Shown: one piece after another, positions 18,402-31,225 of the stretch | How positions within the stretch are numbered: the first letter of the stretch is position 1 | Layout: each line of letters opens with the position of its first letter | Origin: an uncultured bacterium | GTDB taxonomy: Bacteria > Verrucomicrobiota > Kiritimatiellia > PWTM01 | DNA length: 64,000 bases | Reading direction: 5' to 3' | Assembly (NCBI GenBank): GCA_937139365.1 | Contig: CAKZPT010000011.1 | Location: 8,118 to 72,117, forward strand | Translations under genes and position numbers: made by a program | The notes under the pieces: model-generated | Told to the model about the DNA's origin: nothing | The model's database searches: none | The model's input: only the letters and a program-made list of their open reading frames with translations

Positions 18402-19496
18402 ATGCGCCATGCGCTGATCATGGCCGGTGGCGCCGGCACGCGGCTGTGGCCGTGGAGCCGTGCGCGGCGGCCGAAGCAGTTGCTGCCGCTGGTGGCCGGC
18501 CGCAGCCTGCTGCAACTGGCCTTCGAGCGGCTCGAAGGGCTCGTTCCCCCCGACCGCCGATGGGTGTGCGCGGCCGCGGCCCACGAGGAGGCGGTCCGCT
18601 CGGCCCTGCCCGGCCTGAGTCGCGACCGGTTTCTGGGCGAGCCCGTCGGTCGCGACACCCTTCACGCGGCCGGCCTGGCCGCCGCGGTGATCGCCCGCGA
18701 GGACCCCGAGGCCGTCGTCGGGGTGTTCACGGCCGACCACGTGATCGAACCGCCCGGCGTGTTTCGTGAGACGGTCGCGCGGGGATACGAGGCCGCCGCG
18801 TTCCGCGACGACCTGCTGGTGACGTTCGGCGTGCGGCCGACGTTCGCCGGCACCGGCTACGGCTACCTGGAACTCGGCGAGCCGATTGAGGGCGGCGGGC
18901 GCCGCGTGACGGCGTTCCGCGAAAAACCGGACGCCAAACGGGCGGCCGAGTGGCTGGCGGCCGGGCCGGACCGCTACCTCTGGAACAGCGGCATGTTCGT
19001 CTGGCGCGCGACGGCGCTGCTGAAGTGCATCCGGGCCTACCGCCCCGACAGCGCCGCGGCATTGGAGCGGGCGGCGGCCGAGTGGGGCAGCCCGGAATGG
19101 CCGGACGTGCTGGCCGCAGTCTATGCGTCGCTTCCGAAGATCAGCGTCGACTACGCCGTGATGGAGCCCGCTTCTCGCGATCCGGCGGTGACGGTGGCCA
19201 CATTCCGACTCGACCTCGACTGGATCGACGTCGGTTCATGGGCGGCCGTCCTTCGAGTGCAGCCCCGCGACGAACAGGGCAACGCCTGTCCGGCCGGCCG
19301 CGCGGAGCTGATGGATTGCCGAAACACCCTCGCGATGTCGGACGACCCATCCCACCTGATCGTCGCCATCGGGTGCGAAGGGCTGGTGATCGTCCACACG
19401 CCCGTCGCGACGTTGGTCTGCCCCGCCGAGCGGGCGGAGGAGGTGAGGGAACTCCATCGGCGCGTCATGGAGCGGCACGGGCGGGCGATGGAGTGA
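18402..19496 (+). CDS. Mannose-1-phosphate guanylyltransferase-type sugar-1-phosphate nucleotidyltransferase
   Basis: MRHALIMAGGAGTRLWPWSR..RPKQLLPL, GEPVGRDT, FTADHVI, GYGY, WNSGMFVW. GGAAGGA RBS. No phosphomannose-isomerase domain. Confidence 0.85.
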   Translation: MRHALIMAGGAGTRLWPWSRARRPKQLLPLVAGRSLLQLAFERLEGLVPPDRRWVCAAAAHEEAVRSALPGLSRDRFLGEPVGRDTLHAAGLAAAVIAREDPEAVVGVFTADHVIEPPGVFRETVARGYEAAAFRDDLLVTFGVRPTFAGTGYGYLELGEPIEGGGRRVTAFREKPDAKRAAEWLAAGPDRYLWNSGMFVWRATALLKCIRAYRPDSAAALERAAAEWGSPEWPDVLAAVYASLPKISVDYAVMEPASRDPAVTVATFRLDLDWIDVGSWAAVLRVQPRDEQGNACPAGRAELMDCRNTLAMSDDPSHLIVAIGCEGLVIVHTPVATLVCPAERAEEVRELHRRVMERHGRAME

Positions 19497-21293
19497 CCGG
19501 CGTCCCCGGGGCGGACGCGTCCGCGAGCGGCTCGTGAGCTGCCAACGTCGCTACGGCCGTGAGGCTGAAGACCAAGGGGTACAGCGCCTCGTCATACAAG
19601 AGCCGGGCGAAATACAGGCCGATCGGCGAGGATGGTGGTACTCCCCTCCATGCCTCCTCTAGAAACTCCAGTCCCCGTTGCAGGGCCACCTCCGGGCCGC
19701 ACGCCACAGCCAGCCCCCGCAACGCCATGGCCGTCTCCTCGACGGACGACGGCAGGCCCGGTGCGCCGCCCCAGCCCCCGTCGGCGTTTTGAGCCGCGAC
19801 CAGCCAGCCGACCGCCCTCGCAGCCGGATCGGCGGGTCCGGTCTTTGCGGCGCCGATTGCCGCTAGCACCTCCCCCTGTGCCGAGCACCGTTCCCGCGCC
19901 GCCGGGGGCCTGAGGGTTGCCAAACCAGAGTGGCGTCCAGAACCCCTCCCGCGCCTGAACGCATTCGAGATAATGCCATGCTCGTCTCGCCGCGCGGCGC
20001 ATGCGGCGTGTCGTTGCGCGATCGAGTCGTCCCCGCCAGGCGGCGAATGCCCGCAAGGCGTGGGCGGTGATGTCGGGGCAGCTGCGATCGAACGGTAGCC
20101 GGCTCCATCCGCGGCAGAACGTCGGGATCCCGCCGCCGCGGTTTTGAAGGCCGACGAGCCACCGAACACCGTCGGCCGCCGCGGTGGCGACGCGTGGGAC
20201 ATCTCCGGCGCCGAGCGCCGCCAGGGCTAGTAAGGCCGCGGAGGTGTCGTCGGCGTCCGGCACCCGCCGTTGGCATCCGTCCACCCCCACCCGCCCGGCG
20301 CGGCGCCGGTGAACGGGTGGGGGATGCGCCATTGCCGGCCCAGCAGCCAGCCGAGGACACGACCGCGATCGGCGGCCGGCCAGAGCCGGCCGGCCGGATC
20401 CGCCTGGCACAACGCCGTCACCGCTTGGCTCGTCAGCCAGACCCGCAAATCGCGGTCGATCGGCCAACTTCCATCGGACCGTTGGAGGGAGAGCAGGAAC
20501 CGATGCGCGCGGTCGACAATGGGGTGTTCCTCCAGACCGCGGCCGACAAGGCAACGGCCACGAACGCCGTCAGGGGGACCGCTTCGAGGTACCCGCCGCT
20601 CGACGGCTGCAGGGCGGCCAGGCGCAAAAGTAACCGCGGCGTCAAGACGTCCCGGAGGCGATGTCGCAAGCCGGGCGTCGGCGCGTTGCGATGCCGGTCT
20701 AGCCCCATTGCGATCAGGGCGGGCAGCGCGTAGCTGACCACGGGAATCCGCAGCGCGGCCAGAGCGCGGTGAGGCAGGCATCCCAATTCGCACGGCAGAT
20801 GCGGGACGCTCACCCACGCCGTCTCGCGCGGGCCCAGAGCGCCGCACGCCGCGGCGAACGCCAGGATGGGGAACGAAAACGTCCGGTCGGCCCCGTACGT
20901 GCGCAGCAGCGTGGCCGGCAGATCCGGTCCCTCCCACCCGCCGCCGTTGCGGCCCAGCCACCGGCGGGCCCATTCGACCGCCGGCGAGCCGGGCCGCAGA
21001 CGGAGGAAGCATGCGAGAACGAGAAAGGTCGCCGTGGGATTCGACGGCGCTTCCGGCGCGTCGCCCCATCCGTCGTCCGCGTTGCGATGGCGTTCGATCC
21101 AGTCGAGTCCCCGGGCCGCAGCGGCCTCCGCGCCGGGGCGCATCGCCAGCGCCGCCGACGCCACGGCCGTGGCGAGCGGGCTGTTGGACAGGCGACCGGT
21201 CCAGGTGGGACCATCGCGGCTATCCAGCAAGCGCCGCGCCAGATGATCCGCCAGGGCTCTGGCGCGGCGGGCGATATTCGGCGTGGTCGGCAC
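19465..21293 (-). pseudogene. Terpene cyclase/mutase family protein (squalene-hopene-cyclase-like) with three frameshifts
   Basis: Prenyltransferase/squalene-oxidase repeats (NADDGWG, RSDGSWP, NRGGGIP, NADGGWGG) and a class-II DxDD motif (GGWGW..ANGG|VPDADDTSAAL) are spread over four minus-strand frames. These are the frames of 20433..22214, 20227..21069, 19592..20554 and 19465..20202. The shifts lie near 20540, 20262 and 19900. Confidence 0.65.
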
Positions 21294-21331
21294 GTTCGAA
21301 TCATGCGGAGACGCGCATCGTCCCGCAAGAC

Positions 21332-21562
21332 ATGGAAGGGATGCCCGTGCCAACTGCGTTGAATACTGCGACGTGCGCAACGGCGTTGAACCTGGCCGTG
21401 GCCGTTTCGGCAGGAGTGTGCGACGACTGGCCTGAATGGCGCGGGCCCCGGCGGGACGGACGGCATCCGGGTGGCGGCCTCCTCGAATCGTGGCCGTCGG
21501 CGGGCCCCCGCCTGGTCTGGAAAAGCACCGAGGCCGGCCGCGGCAGTTTGGCGCGACGCTGA
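21332..21562 (+). pseudogene. N-terminal remnant of a PQQ-like beta-propeller exported protein
   Basis: Signal peptide (ALNLAVAVSAGV) followed by DDWPEWRGPRRDG...GPRLVWK, the usual leader of PVC PQQ-propeller proteins. The ORF ends after 76 codons with no propeller blades. Confidence 0.4.
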
Positions 21563-22563
21563 GGTGGTATGCATCGCCCCGAGGGGATCTGCTGCACACC
21601 GACGGCCTTATCGCGAGCGAGGCGGACTGGGTCCTTCGGCGCGCCGCCGGGCCGGACGCGCGCCCGTTTTTCGTCGCCGTGGGCTTTTTCCGCCCCCATA
21701 CGCCGTTCGTGGCGCCGCGGGCGTACTTTGGTCTGTATCCGGTGGACCGGGTGCCGGTCGTTTCGGGGGTGGATGAAGACCTTCGCGACATCCCCCCCGC
21801 CGCGCTGGCCAGCCAGAAGCGCGAGGAGGCCGCGCTGACGGACGATCTTCGTCGACAGTGCCGCCAGGCGTACCTGGCCGCCATCAGTTTCCTGGATGCG
21901 CAGGTGGGGCGGGTCCTGGACTCGCTGGATCGCCTGGGTCTGGCAACGAACACCGTGCTTGTATTCAACAGCGACCATGGCGACCACATGGGCGAGCACG
22001 GCTTGTGGCAGAAAAGAAGCCTGTTCGAGGAAAGCGCCCGCGTTCCGCTCATCATTGTGGCGCCCGGTGTGGCCCGGCCCGGCGGCGTCGCCCCCGCTCC
22101 GGTGTCGCAGGTGGACATCTTTCCGACCCTCGCGGAGCTGTGCGGCGTGCGGGCCCCGAACGGCCTCCAGGGCCAGAGCTTCGTCCCGATGTTGCGCGAT
22201 CCGTCGGCGGCCAACCGCGGATGGGCGCTGACCCAGGTGACGCGCGGGCGTGCGACGCGGGGCGGCGGCGATGGCCGCCCACAGGCGGTCTGGATGGGCT
22301 ATTCCCTGTGCACCCGGCGCCATCGGCATACGGAGTGGGACGAGGGGCGGGAGGGGCGCGAGCTGTACGACCACGATCTCGATCCCGGCGAACTGCGGAA
22401 TCTGGCCGATGACCCCGCGCATTCCAACCGGGTGGCGGAGCTGTCGGCGCAACTGCGAGCGGCGGTGGCGTCAACGTTCCCCAAATCCGGTCGAACCCCG
22501 CAGATTCGCGAGGGGCTGTGGTCGCCCGTTCTGTCGGCGCCGGGAGGCGACGGAACGGCCTGA
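21436..22563 (+). pseudogene. 5'-truncated sulfatase (iduronate-2-sulfatase-like) lacking the catalytic N-terminus
   Basis: Homology begins only around 21600 (RPFFVAVGFFRPHTPF...AYLAAISFLDAQVGR...VLVFNSDHGDHMGEHGLWQK...PLIIVAPG...DIFPTLAEL). The signal peptide and the CxPxR formylglycine segment, roughly 150-200 aa, are absent. The first ~55 codons of the ORF look like non-coding filler. Confidence 0.6.
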
Positions 22564-22831
22564 GTCCCTTCTGCCGTGCGCCCGTCGCGGTTCCGCTGCG
22601 GCGGCGTCGCATCCGCGTGGGCGAGGTTAAGCCGACGGCCATTCCGTTCCCGGGAGGGTGCGTTAAACGGCCGCTAAGGGGTGGTGCGGAGGCGAAGTCC
22701 CGACACGATTCGCGGAGGAGGGCTGTGGCTGTACCGGCGCTGCCCAGCGGGCCCGCAGCACGCGGCGAGTCTGGGCGCAGCCTCCTGCGCATCTGGCGTT
22801 GGGCGGCATGGTGTGGTACGGGTTTCGGAGG

Positions 22832-23701
22832 ATGATGAGCAATGAGACCATGCGCCGCGTGGTGGCGTCTCAACGCGACGAAATCACCGAACACCACATT
22901 TATCGCCGCATCGCCGCCCGACAGCCGTTGGACGCCAACCGCCGCCTGCTCGATCGCATCGCCGCGGACGAGCTTCGTCATTACGAACAACTTCGCAGTT
23001 TGTCCGGCCGGGACGTGTCCCCCTGCCGAGCACGGGTGTGGGCCTTCGATTGGATCAGCCGGATTCTGGGGTTGACGTTCGCGACCAAGCTGCTGGAACG
23101 CGGCGAGGCGGAGGCCCAGGAGGTGTACCGGGCGCTGGCCAAGGACGCGGACGCGGCCCAGGATATCGTTCGTGAGGAAGTTGAGCACGAAGCGGCGCTG
23201 CTGAACCTCTTGGACGAGGAGCGTCTACGTTACATCAGCTCGATCGTGCTGGGCCTGAACGATGCGCTCGTCGAGCTGACCGGCGCGCTGGCGGGCTTGA
23301 CGCTCGCGTTGCAAACCCCCCGCCTGATCGCCGTCACGGGCAGCATCACCGGCATCGCGGCGGCCTTCTCGATGGCGGCCTCGGAGTACCTCTCCACGAA
23401 GGCGGACAACCCGGGGCGGCATCCGTTGAAGGCCGCGCTGTACACCGGCGGCGCCTATCTGCTCACGGTCGGCCTGCTGATCCTTCCCTACCTGGTCGTG
23501 GGCCACCTGTTCGCGGCGTTGGGGATCACACTGGCGACGGCGGTGCTCATCATCGCGCTCTTCAACTGGTACTTGTCAGTGGTAAAGGACCTGCCATTCG
23601 GCCGCCGTTTCGCCGAAATGGCCGGACTGAGCCTTGGCGTCGCTGCGCTGAGCTTCGGCGTCGGCTATGCGCTGCGGGTCCTCGTCGGCGTGGACGTCTG
23701 A
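22832..23701 (+). CDS. VIT1/CCC1-family iron/manganese transporter with an N-terminal ferritin/rubrerythrin-like domain
   Basis: N-terminal four-helix segments EHHIYRRIA...DELRHYEQL...EAQEVY...EVEHEAAL. C-terminal VIT1 membrane domain LGLNDALVELTGALAGL...MAASEYLS.... Confidence 0.8.
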   Translation: MMSNETMRRVVASQRDEITEHHIYRRIAARQPLDANRRLLDRIAADELRHYEQLRSLSGRDVSPCRARVWAFDWISRILGLTFATKLLERGEAEAQEVYRALAKDADAAQDIVREEVEHEAALLNLLDEERLRYISSIVLGLNDALVELTGALAGLTLALQTPRLIAVTGSITGIAAAFSMAASEYLSTKADNPGRHPLKAALYTGGAYLLTVGLLILPYLVVGHLFAALGITLATAVLIIALFNWYLSVVKDLPFGRRFAEMAGLSLGVAALSFGVGYALRVLVGVDV

Positions 23702-23734
23702 GGCGGAGAGGACGCCCGCGGGTGGGCACGGGGA

Positions 23735-23828
23735 TGGCGGAAGGGGTGGGATTCGAACCCACGGGGCACGGTTAGGCGCCCTCTCGATTTCGAGTCGAGT
23801 GCCTTAAACCACTCAGCCACCCTTCCGC
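23735..23828 (-). tRNA. tRNA-Ser (anticodon CGA), encoded CCA
   Basis: The reverse complement reads GCGGAAGGGTGGCTGAGTGGTTTAAGGCACTCGACTCGAAATCGAGAGGGCGCCTAACCGTGCCCCGTGGGTTCGAATCCCACCCCTTCCGCCA. It has a 7-bp acceptor stem, the anticodon stem-loop CTCGA-CTCGAAA-TCGAG, a long variable arm and the T-loop GGTTCGAATCC. Confidence 0.85.
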
Positions 23829-23946
23829 GGCCGCAGCGCAAAGAGCATATCCAACCCGCCCTCGTTCGCAAAGCCGGCTGCTGGCCATCCGGACAGCGGC
23901 AGGTTAGGATGAGCCCGCCGGCGCCAGCCGCCGGCGGAGATGCGCC

Positions 23947-24399
23947 ATGCCGTTTGAACAGACGCGCGATGTGATCGAACGGGCCCGATCCTTCCACCGC
24001 GAGCTGGCCGCGATCTACCATCGGCTCGAGCGGGACGCCGACCGTGAAAAGGCCCGCATGCTGCTCGACTACCTCGCCGCCCATGAAGAGCGCATGGAGC
24101 AACGGCTCTCGCAGTTCGAAGAGGAAACGGCTGCCGGCATCCTGAACGCATGGTATGCCCGTCCGCCGTCGGACGATCTGACCGCGAAACTGACGAACAT
24201 CGAGCTGCGGCCCGACCTGCCGCTGTGTGGCATCGTCTGCGCGGCGTTGCGGCTGGACGAAGCGTTGCTGCGCCTGTACCGGCAGGCCGCCGATGCGGCG
24301 CCGACGGCGGAGGTCCGGGAGGTGTTCGAAAGCCTACTGGAGGAGGGGAAGGCCGAACGCGCAAAACTGGTGTTCGGCCTTTTCGAGCCGGACGTCTAA
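23947..24399 (+). CDS. Hypothetical helical protein (150 aa)
   Basis: Good GC3 bias and predicted all-alpha, Glu/Arg-rich heptad-like segments. I recognise no family. Confidence 0.5.
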   Translation: MPFEQTRDVIERARSFHRELAAIYHRLERDADREKARMLLDYLAAHEERMEQRLSQFEEETAAGILNAWYARPPSDDLTAKLTNIELRPDLPLCGIVCAALRLDEALLRLYRQAADAAPTAEVREVFESLLEEGKAERAKLVFGLFEPDV

Positions 24400-25241
24400 T
24401 CGGCCCTTCGGGCGCTGCCGTCCCCGGGGGCCGCGGCCGTCCCGGCGGTCCCGCGGCCCGGCGGTTCGCGGGCCACGATCCAATGTCCGCCCCGGCCGTC
24501 GTCGAGCCGTTCGATCGCGACGCCGTAGACGCGGCCGAGGAGGTCGGGGTCGAGCGCGGCGCCGGGCGGCCCGTCCGCCGCCACCCGCCCGCGGTCGAGC
24601 AGAATCGCGCGGTCGGCGAACCGAGCCGCCAGGTTCGGGTCGTGCACGACGCAGGCGACGCACATCGGCCAGTCGTGGGCCACGCGGCGCAGCATGGCGC
24701 CGATCGCCTGCTGGTGGCGCAGGTCGAGATGGCTGGTCGGCTCGTCGAGCAGCAGAATCTTCGGCTGCTGCGCAAGGGCGCGGGCGATGGCCACGCGCTG
24801 CGCCTCGCCGCCGGACAGCGCGCGGAACGGCCGGTCGGCCAGTTCGGCCGCGCCCGTCATCTCCAGCGCCAGATGCGCGATCTCCAGATCTCCGCGGCCG
24901 GGCATGCCCACCCAGCCCAGGCGCGCATAACGGCCGATCAGCGCCACCTCCATCGCGGTAAAGTCGAAGGCGGTGGCGGGGACCTGCGGGACGTAGGCCA
25001 GCGTGCGCGCGCGCTCGAGCCGATTCATGCCCGGCAGGGAACGGCCGGCGATCCACACCTCGCCCGAGTCGGGCCGAAGCAGCCCCAGCAGCAGGCGCAA
25101 CAGCGTCGTCTTGCCGGAACCGTTGGGGCCCAGAATCGCCGTCAACTCGCCCATGTGCAGGGCGAAGGACACGCCGGAGAGAACCGGCACGTCCGGCCGG
25201 TAGGCAAAGGCGAGCCCTCGCGCCTCGACTGCCGCCGTCAC
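24396..25241 (-). CDS. ABC transporter ATP-binding protein (FecE/FepC iron-siderophore/cobalamin type)
   Basis: Walker A GPNGSGKTT, Q-loop, signature LSGGEAQR, Walker B LLLDEPTSHLD, H-loop VVHD. The GTG overlaps the permease stop (GTGA). Confidence 0.85.
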   Translation of the reverse strand: MTAAVEARGLAFAYRPDVPVLSGVSFALHMGELTAILGPNGSGKTTLLRLLLGLLRPDSGEVWIAGRSLPGMNRLERARTLAYVPQVPATAFDFTAMEVALIGRYARLGWVGMPGRGDLEIAHLALEMTGAAELADRPFRALSGGEAQRVAIARALAQQPKILLLDEPTSHLDLRHQQAIGAMLRRVAHDWPMCVACVVHDPNLAARFADRAILLDRGRVAADGPPGAALDPDLLGRVYGVAIERLDDGRGGHWIVAREPPGRGTAGTAAAPGDGSARRAD

Positions 25242-26269
25242 GGCATTCGATCCCCTTCCGGCGGCCGGCTCAGGGCCAGCAGAAACGCCGGGGCGCCGAC
25301 CAACGCCGTGAGCAACCCTACGGGAAGACGGCCAATCCCCCACGCGCGCCCCGCCGCCCGGCAGGCGGCGTCGGCCGCCACCAGCAACGCCGCGCCGGCG
25401 AAGGCGGACCAGATCAGCAACCGCCGCTGATCGGGACCGACCGCGCGCCGGCCGATATGTGGGACCAGCAGGCCGACGAAACCGACGGGACCGGCCAGCG
25501 CAACCGCCGCCGCGGTCATGGCCCCGCCGGCGCACAGCACCGTCCGGCGCAGACCGGCGACATCCACGCCGAGCGAGTGGGCAACGTCGTCGCCCAACGC
25601 CGCCGCGTTGAGCGCGGCGGCCGCACGCAACAGCGCCGCCGCGCCGACGGCGACGAGGGCCGCGCAGATCACCAGCAGTGCCGGCTCCACCGCCTCCGGC
25701 AGCTCGCCCATGCTCCAGCGGGCGAATTCGTCCAGGCGAAGCGGCTCGGCGACGAGGTACAGGGCCATGATGATCGCGCCGTTGACGACGTTGGCCATGA
25801 CGCCGGCCAGGACCAGCGACCAGGGGTCACGCCGGCCGCTGCGCCATGCCGCGGCCGCCACCGCCGCAGCGGAGAGGGCGGCGCCCGCAAACGCGAACGC
25901 CGGAAGCCGCCACGCGCCCCAGCCGGCGCCTGTCCCGACGAGCATCGCGACCCGCACGCCGACCCCTGCGCCGCTCGAGACGCCGAGGACGTACGGCTCG
26001 CCCAGGGGGTTGCGAAGCAGTCCCTGGATGGCCGCGCCGGCCATGCCGAGGGCCCCGCCGACCACCGCCGCCGCCGCCGCGCGCAGCGCACGCAACCGCC
26101 AGATCGGGTTGCCCCACCAGCCGCCGGACGTCGTCTCCAGCACGCCCACCCGCGTGGATACCCAGAACGCCGTGCCGACCGCAACCGCGCCGAGCAGGGC
26201 CAGCCGCGTCATCTCGGCCCCCGTCACTGGAGGGCGGGCCGCGCGGGATGATGTCCGGTCCGACATGCC
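25238..26269 (-). CDS. FecCD-family ABC transporter permease
   Basis: [44 protein letters not shown]... and the C-terminal [19 protein letters not shown] are typical of BtuC/FecCD permeases. Confidence 0.85.
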   Translation of the reverse strand, partial: GMSDRTSSRAARPPVTGAEMTRLALLGAVAVGTAFWVSTRVGVLETTSGGWWGNPIWRLRALRAAAAAVVGGALGMAGAAIQGLLRNPLGEPYVLGVSSGAGVGVRVAMLVGTGAGWGAWRLPAFAFAGAALSAAAVAAAAWRSGRRDPWSLVLAGVMANVVNGAIIMALYLVAEPLRLDEFARWSMGELPEAVEPALLVICAALVAVGAAALLRAAAALNAAALGDDVAHSLGVDVAGLRRTVLCAGGAMTAAAVALAGPVGFVGLLVPHIGRRAVGPDQRRLLIWSAFAGAALLVAADAACRAAGRAWGIGRLPVGLLTALVGAPAFLLALSRPPEGDRMP

Positions 26270-26405
26270 GCGCAGTATGCCAAAGGCGGGCGCACCTCTC
26301 GACCGGTCCGCCGGCGCGCGGCCGGGCCGGGCCACAGACGGTTCGACGTTCGGCGGTGGCGGCGATATACTGCCCCGCCAATCCGGGGATGTGCGGGCGA
26401 CGCCG

Positions 26406-27944
26406 ATGCACGAGTGGATCGCCATTCTGGATTTCGGATCGCAGTACAGCCAGTTGATCGCGCGACGATTGCGCGAGCGGCAGGTCTACTGCGAACTCCT
26501 TCCGTGGGAAACGCCGGCGGCGGAGCTGCGGCGTCGCGGCGCGCGCGCCGTGATCCTGTCGGGTGGACCGGCGAGCGTGTTGGACGACGGCAGCCCCGAC
26601 TGCGATCCCGCCGTCTTCGAGCTGGGCGTCCCGGTGCTGGGCATCTGCTACGGGATGCAGTTGATGGCGAAGAAGCTGGGTGGGATCGTCCGTCGCGGCG
26701 AGGACAGGGAGTACGGTCTGGCGACGCTCGACGTCCTACGCGCCGAGCCGCTGTTCCGTCACCAGCCCGAGCAAATGCCGGTCTGGATGAGCCACGGCGA
26801 CCAGGTGGAGCTTGCGCCGCCGGGGTTTGTGGCGCTGGCGAGGACGGCGATGTGCCCGTGGGCGGCGATGGGCGACGACCGCCGTCGGCTCTACGGCCTT
26901 CAGTTTCATCCGGAGGTCGTGCACACCCCGCACGGCGGCGAGATGCTCGATCGGTTCCTGTTCGACGTCTGCGGCTGCCGCGGCGATTGGCGGATGGCGA
27001 CCTTCGTCGAGGAGAGCGTCCGGTCGTTGCGTGAGCGAATTGGGGAGGACCACGTGCTGTTGGGGCTCAGCGGCGGCGTGGACTCGTCGGTGGTCGCAGC
27101 GTTGCTGCACCGTGCGATCGGACCGCAGCTTCATTGCGTGTTCGTGGACAACGGGCTGTTACGGTACAAGGAGGCCGAGCAGGTGGAGGACTGTTTCGGC
27201 CGCGCGTTTGGGATCGACCTGCGCGTGGTGCGGGCTGGGCCGCTGTTCCTGGAGCGCCTGCGCGGCGTGGAGGACCCGGAGGAGAAACGGCGCATCATCG
27301 GCCGGACGTTCATCGAGGTGTTCACGGAGGCGGCGCGGGCGATCGGCCCAATACGGTTTCTGGCGCAGGGGACGCTCTATCCCGACGTGATTGAAAGCCG
27401 CCATCCTCGGGGCGGGCCGTCGGCGACGATCAAGAGCCATCACAACGTCGGCGGGCTGCCTCCCGACCTGAAGTTTGAACTGGTCGAGCCGCTTCGCGAG
27501 TTGTTCAAGGACGAGGTGCGGGCGCTGGGACGGGAGCTGGGGCTGCCGGAGGCGATCGTCAGCCGCCAGCCGTTCCCCGGTCCGGGGCTGGCGGTGCGGA
27601 TCCTGGGCGAGGTCACGGCGGAGAGGGTGGCGACTCTGCAGCAGGCCGACCTGCGGGTGCAGGAGGAGGTCCGTGCGCTGCCCTCCTGGGCGGAGATCTG
27701 GCAGTCCTTCGCGGTGTTGTTGCCGGTGCGGACCGTGGGCGTGATGGGCGACGAGCGCACCTACGAACACGTCGTCGCGGTGCGGGCGGTCTCGAGCCTT
27801 GACGGCATGACGGCCGACTGGTACCGGCTGCCGTACGAGACGCTCGACCGCATCGCCCGCCGAATCATCAACGAGGTGCGCGGCGTCAACCGCGTCGTCT
27901 ACGACCTCAGTTCCAAGCCGCCGAGCACCATCGAGTGGGAGTGA
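26406..27944 (+). CDS. guaA: GMP synthase (glutamine-hydrolysing)
   Basis: [23 protein letters not shown], the [10 protein letters not shown]-loop, and the C-terminal ...KPPSTIEWE. Confidence 0.95.
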   Translation: MHEWIAILDFGSQYSQLIARRLRERQVYCELLPWETPAAELRRRGARAVILSGGPASVLDDGSPDCDPAVFELGVPVLGICYGMQLMAKKLGGIVRRGEDREYGLATLDVLRAEPLFRHQPEQMPVWMSHGDQVELAPPGFVALARTAMCPWAAMGDDRRRLYGLQFHPEVVHTPHGGEMLDRFLFDVCGCRGDWRMATFVEESVRSLRERIGEDHVLLGLSGGVDSSVVAALLHRAIGPQLHCVFVDNGLLRYKEAEQVEDCFGRAFGIDLRVVRAGPLFLERLRGVEDPEEKRRIIGRTFIEVFTEAARAIGPIRFLAQGTLYPDVIESRHPRGGPSATIKSHHNVGGLPPDLKFELVEPLRELFKDEVRALGRELGLPEAIVSRQPFPGPGLAVRILGEVTAERVATLQQADLRVQEEVRALPSWAEIWQSFAVLLPVRTVGVMGDERTYEHVVAVRAVSSLDGMTADWYRLPYETLDRIARRIINEVRGVNRVVYDLSSKPPSTIEWE

Positions 27945-27981
27945 GGGCGCCGCCACCGGCGCCAACCCGAACGAGGACGCC

Positions 27982-31209
<3,228 letters not shown>

Positions 31210-31225
31210 GGCTCGGGGAGGTGCA

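Noticed and set aside
22564-22831. A possible yybP-ykoY (Mn2+) riboswitch upstream of the VIT1/CCC1 transporter
   Set aside because: There is only a partial resemblance (AAGGGGUGGUGC versus AAGGGGAGUAGC). The second conserved half-site and the four-way junction pairing could not be traced by eye. An Infernal scan would be needed.
23702-23946. tRNA-Ser as an integration hotspot or genomic-island border
   Set aside because: There is no integrase, no direct repeat of the tRNA 3' end and no compositional break. The flanking genes are ordinary chromosomal genes.
24396-26269. ABC importer (permease and ATPase) without a substrate-binding protein, as a possible novelty
   Set aside because: Orphan FecCD/FecE pairs with a distally encoded binding protein are common. 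Nothing in the sequence itself is unusual.
25518-26405. A 296-codon N-terminal extension of the guaA ORF
   Set aside because: The extension is antisense to the FecCD permease gene and is low-complexity. GuaA homology starts exactly at the Met at 26406 ([16 protein letters not shown]).
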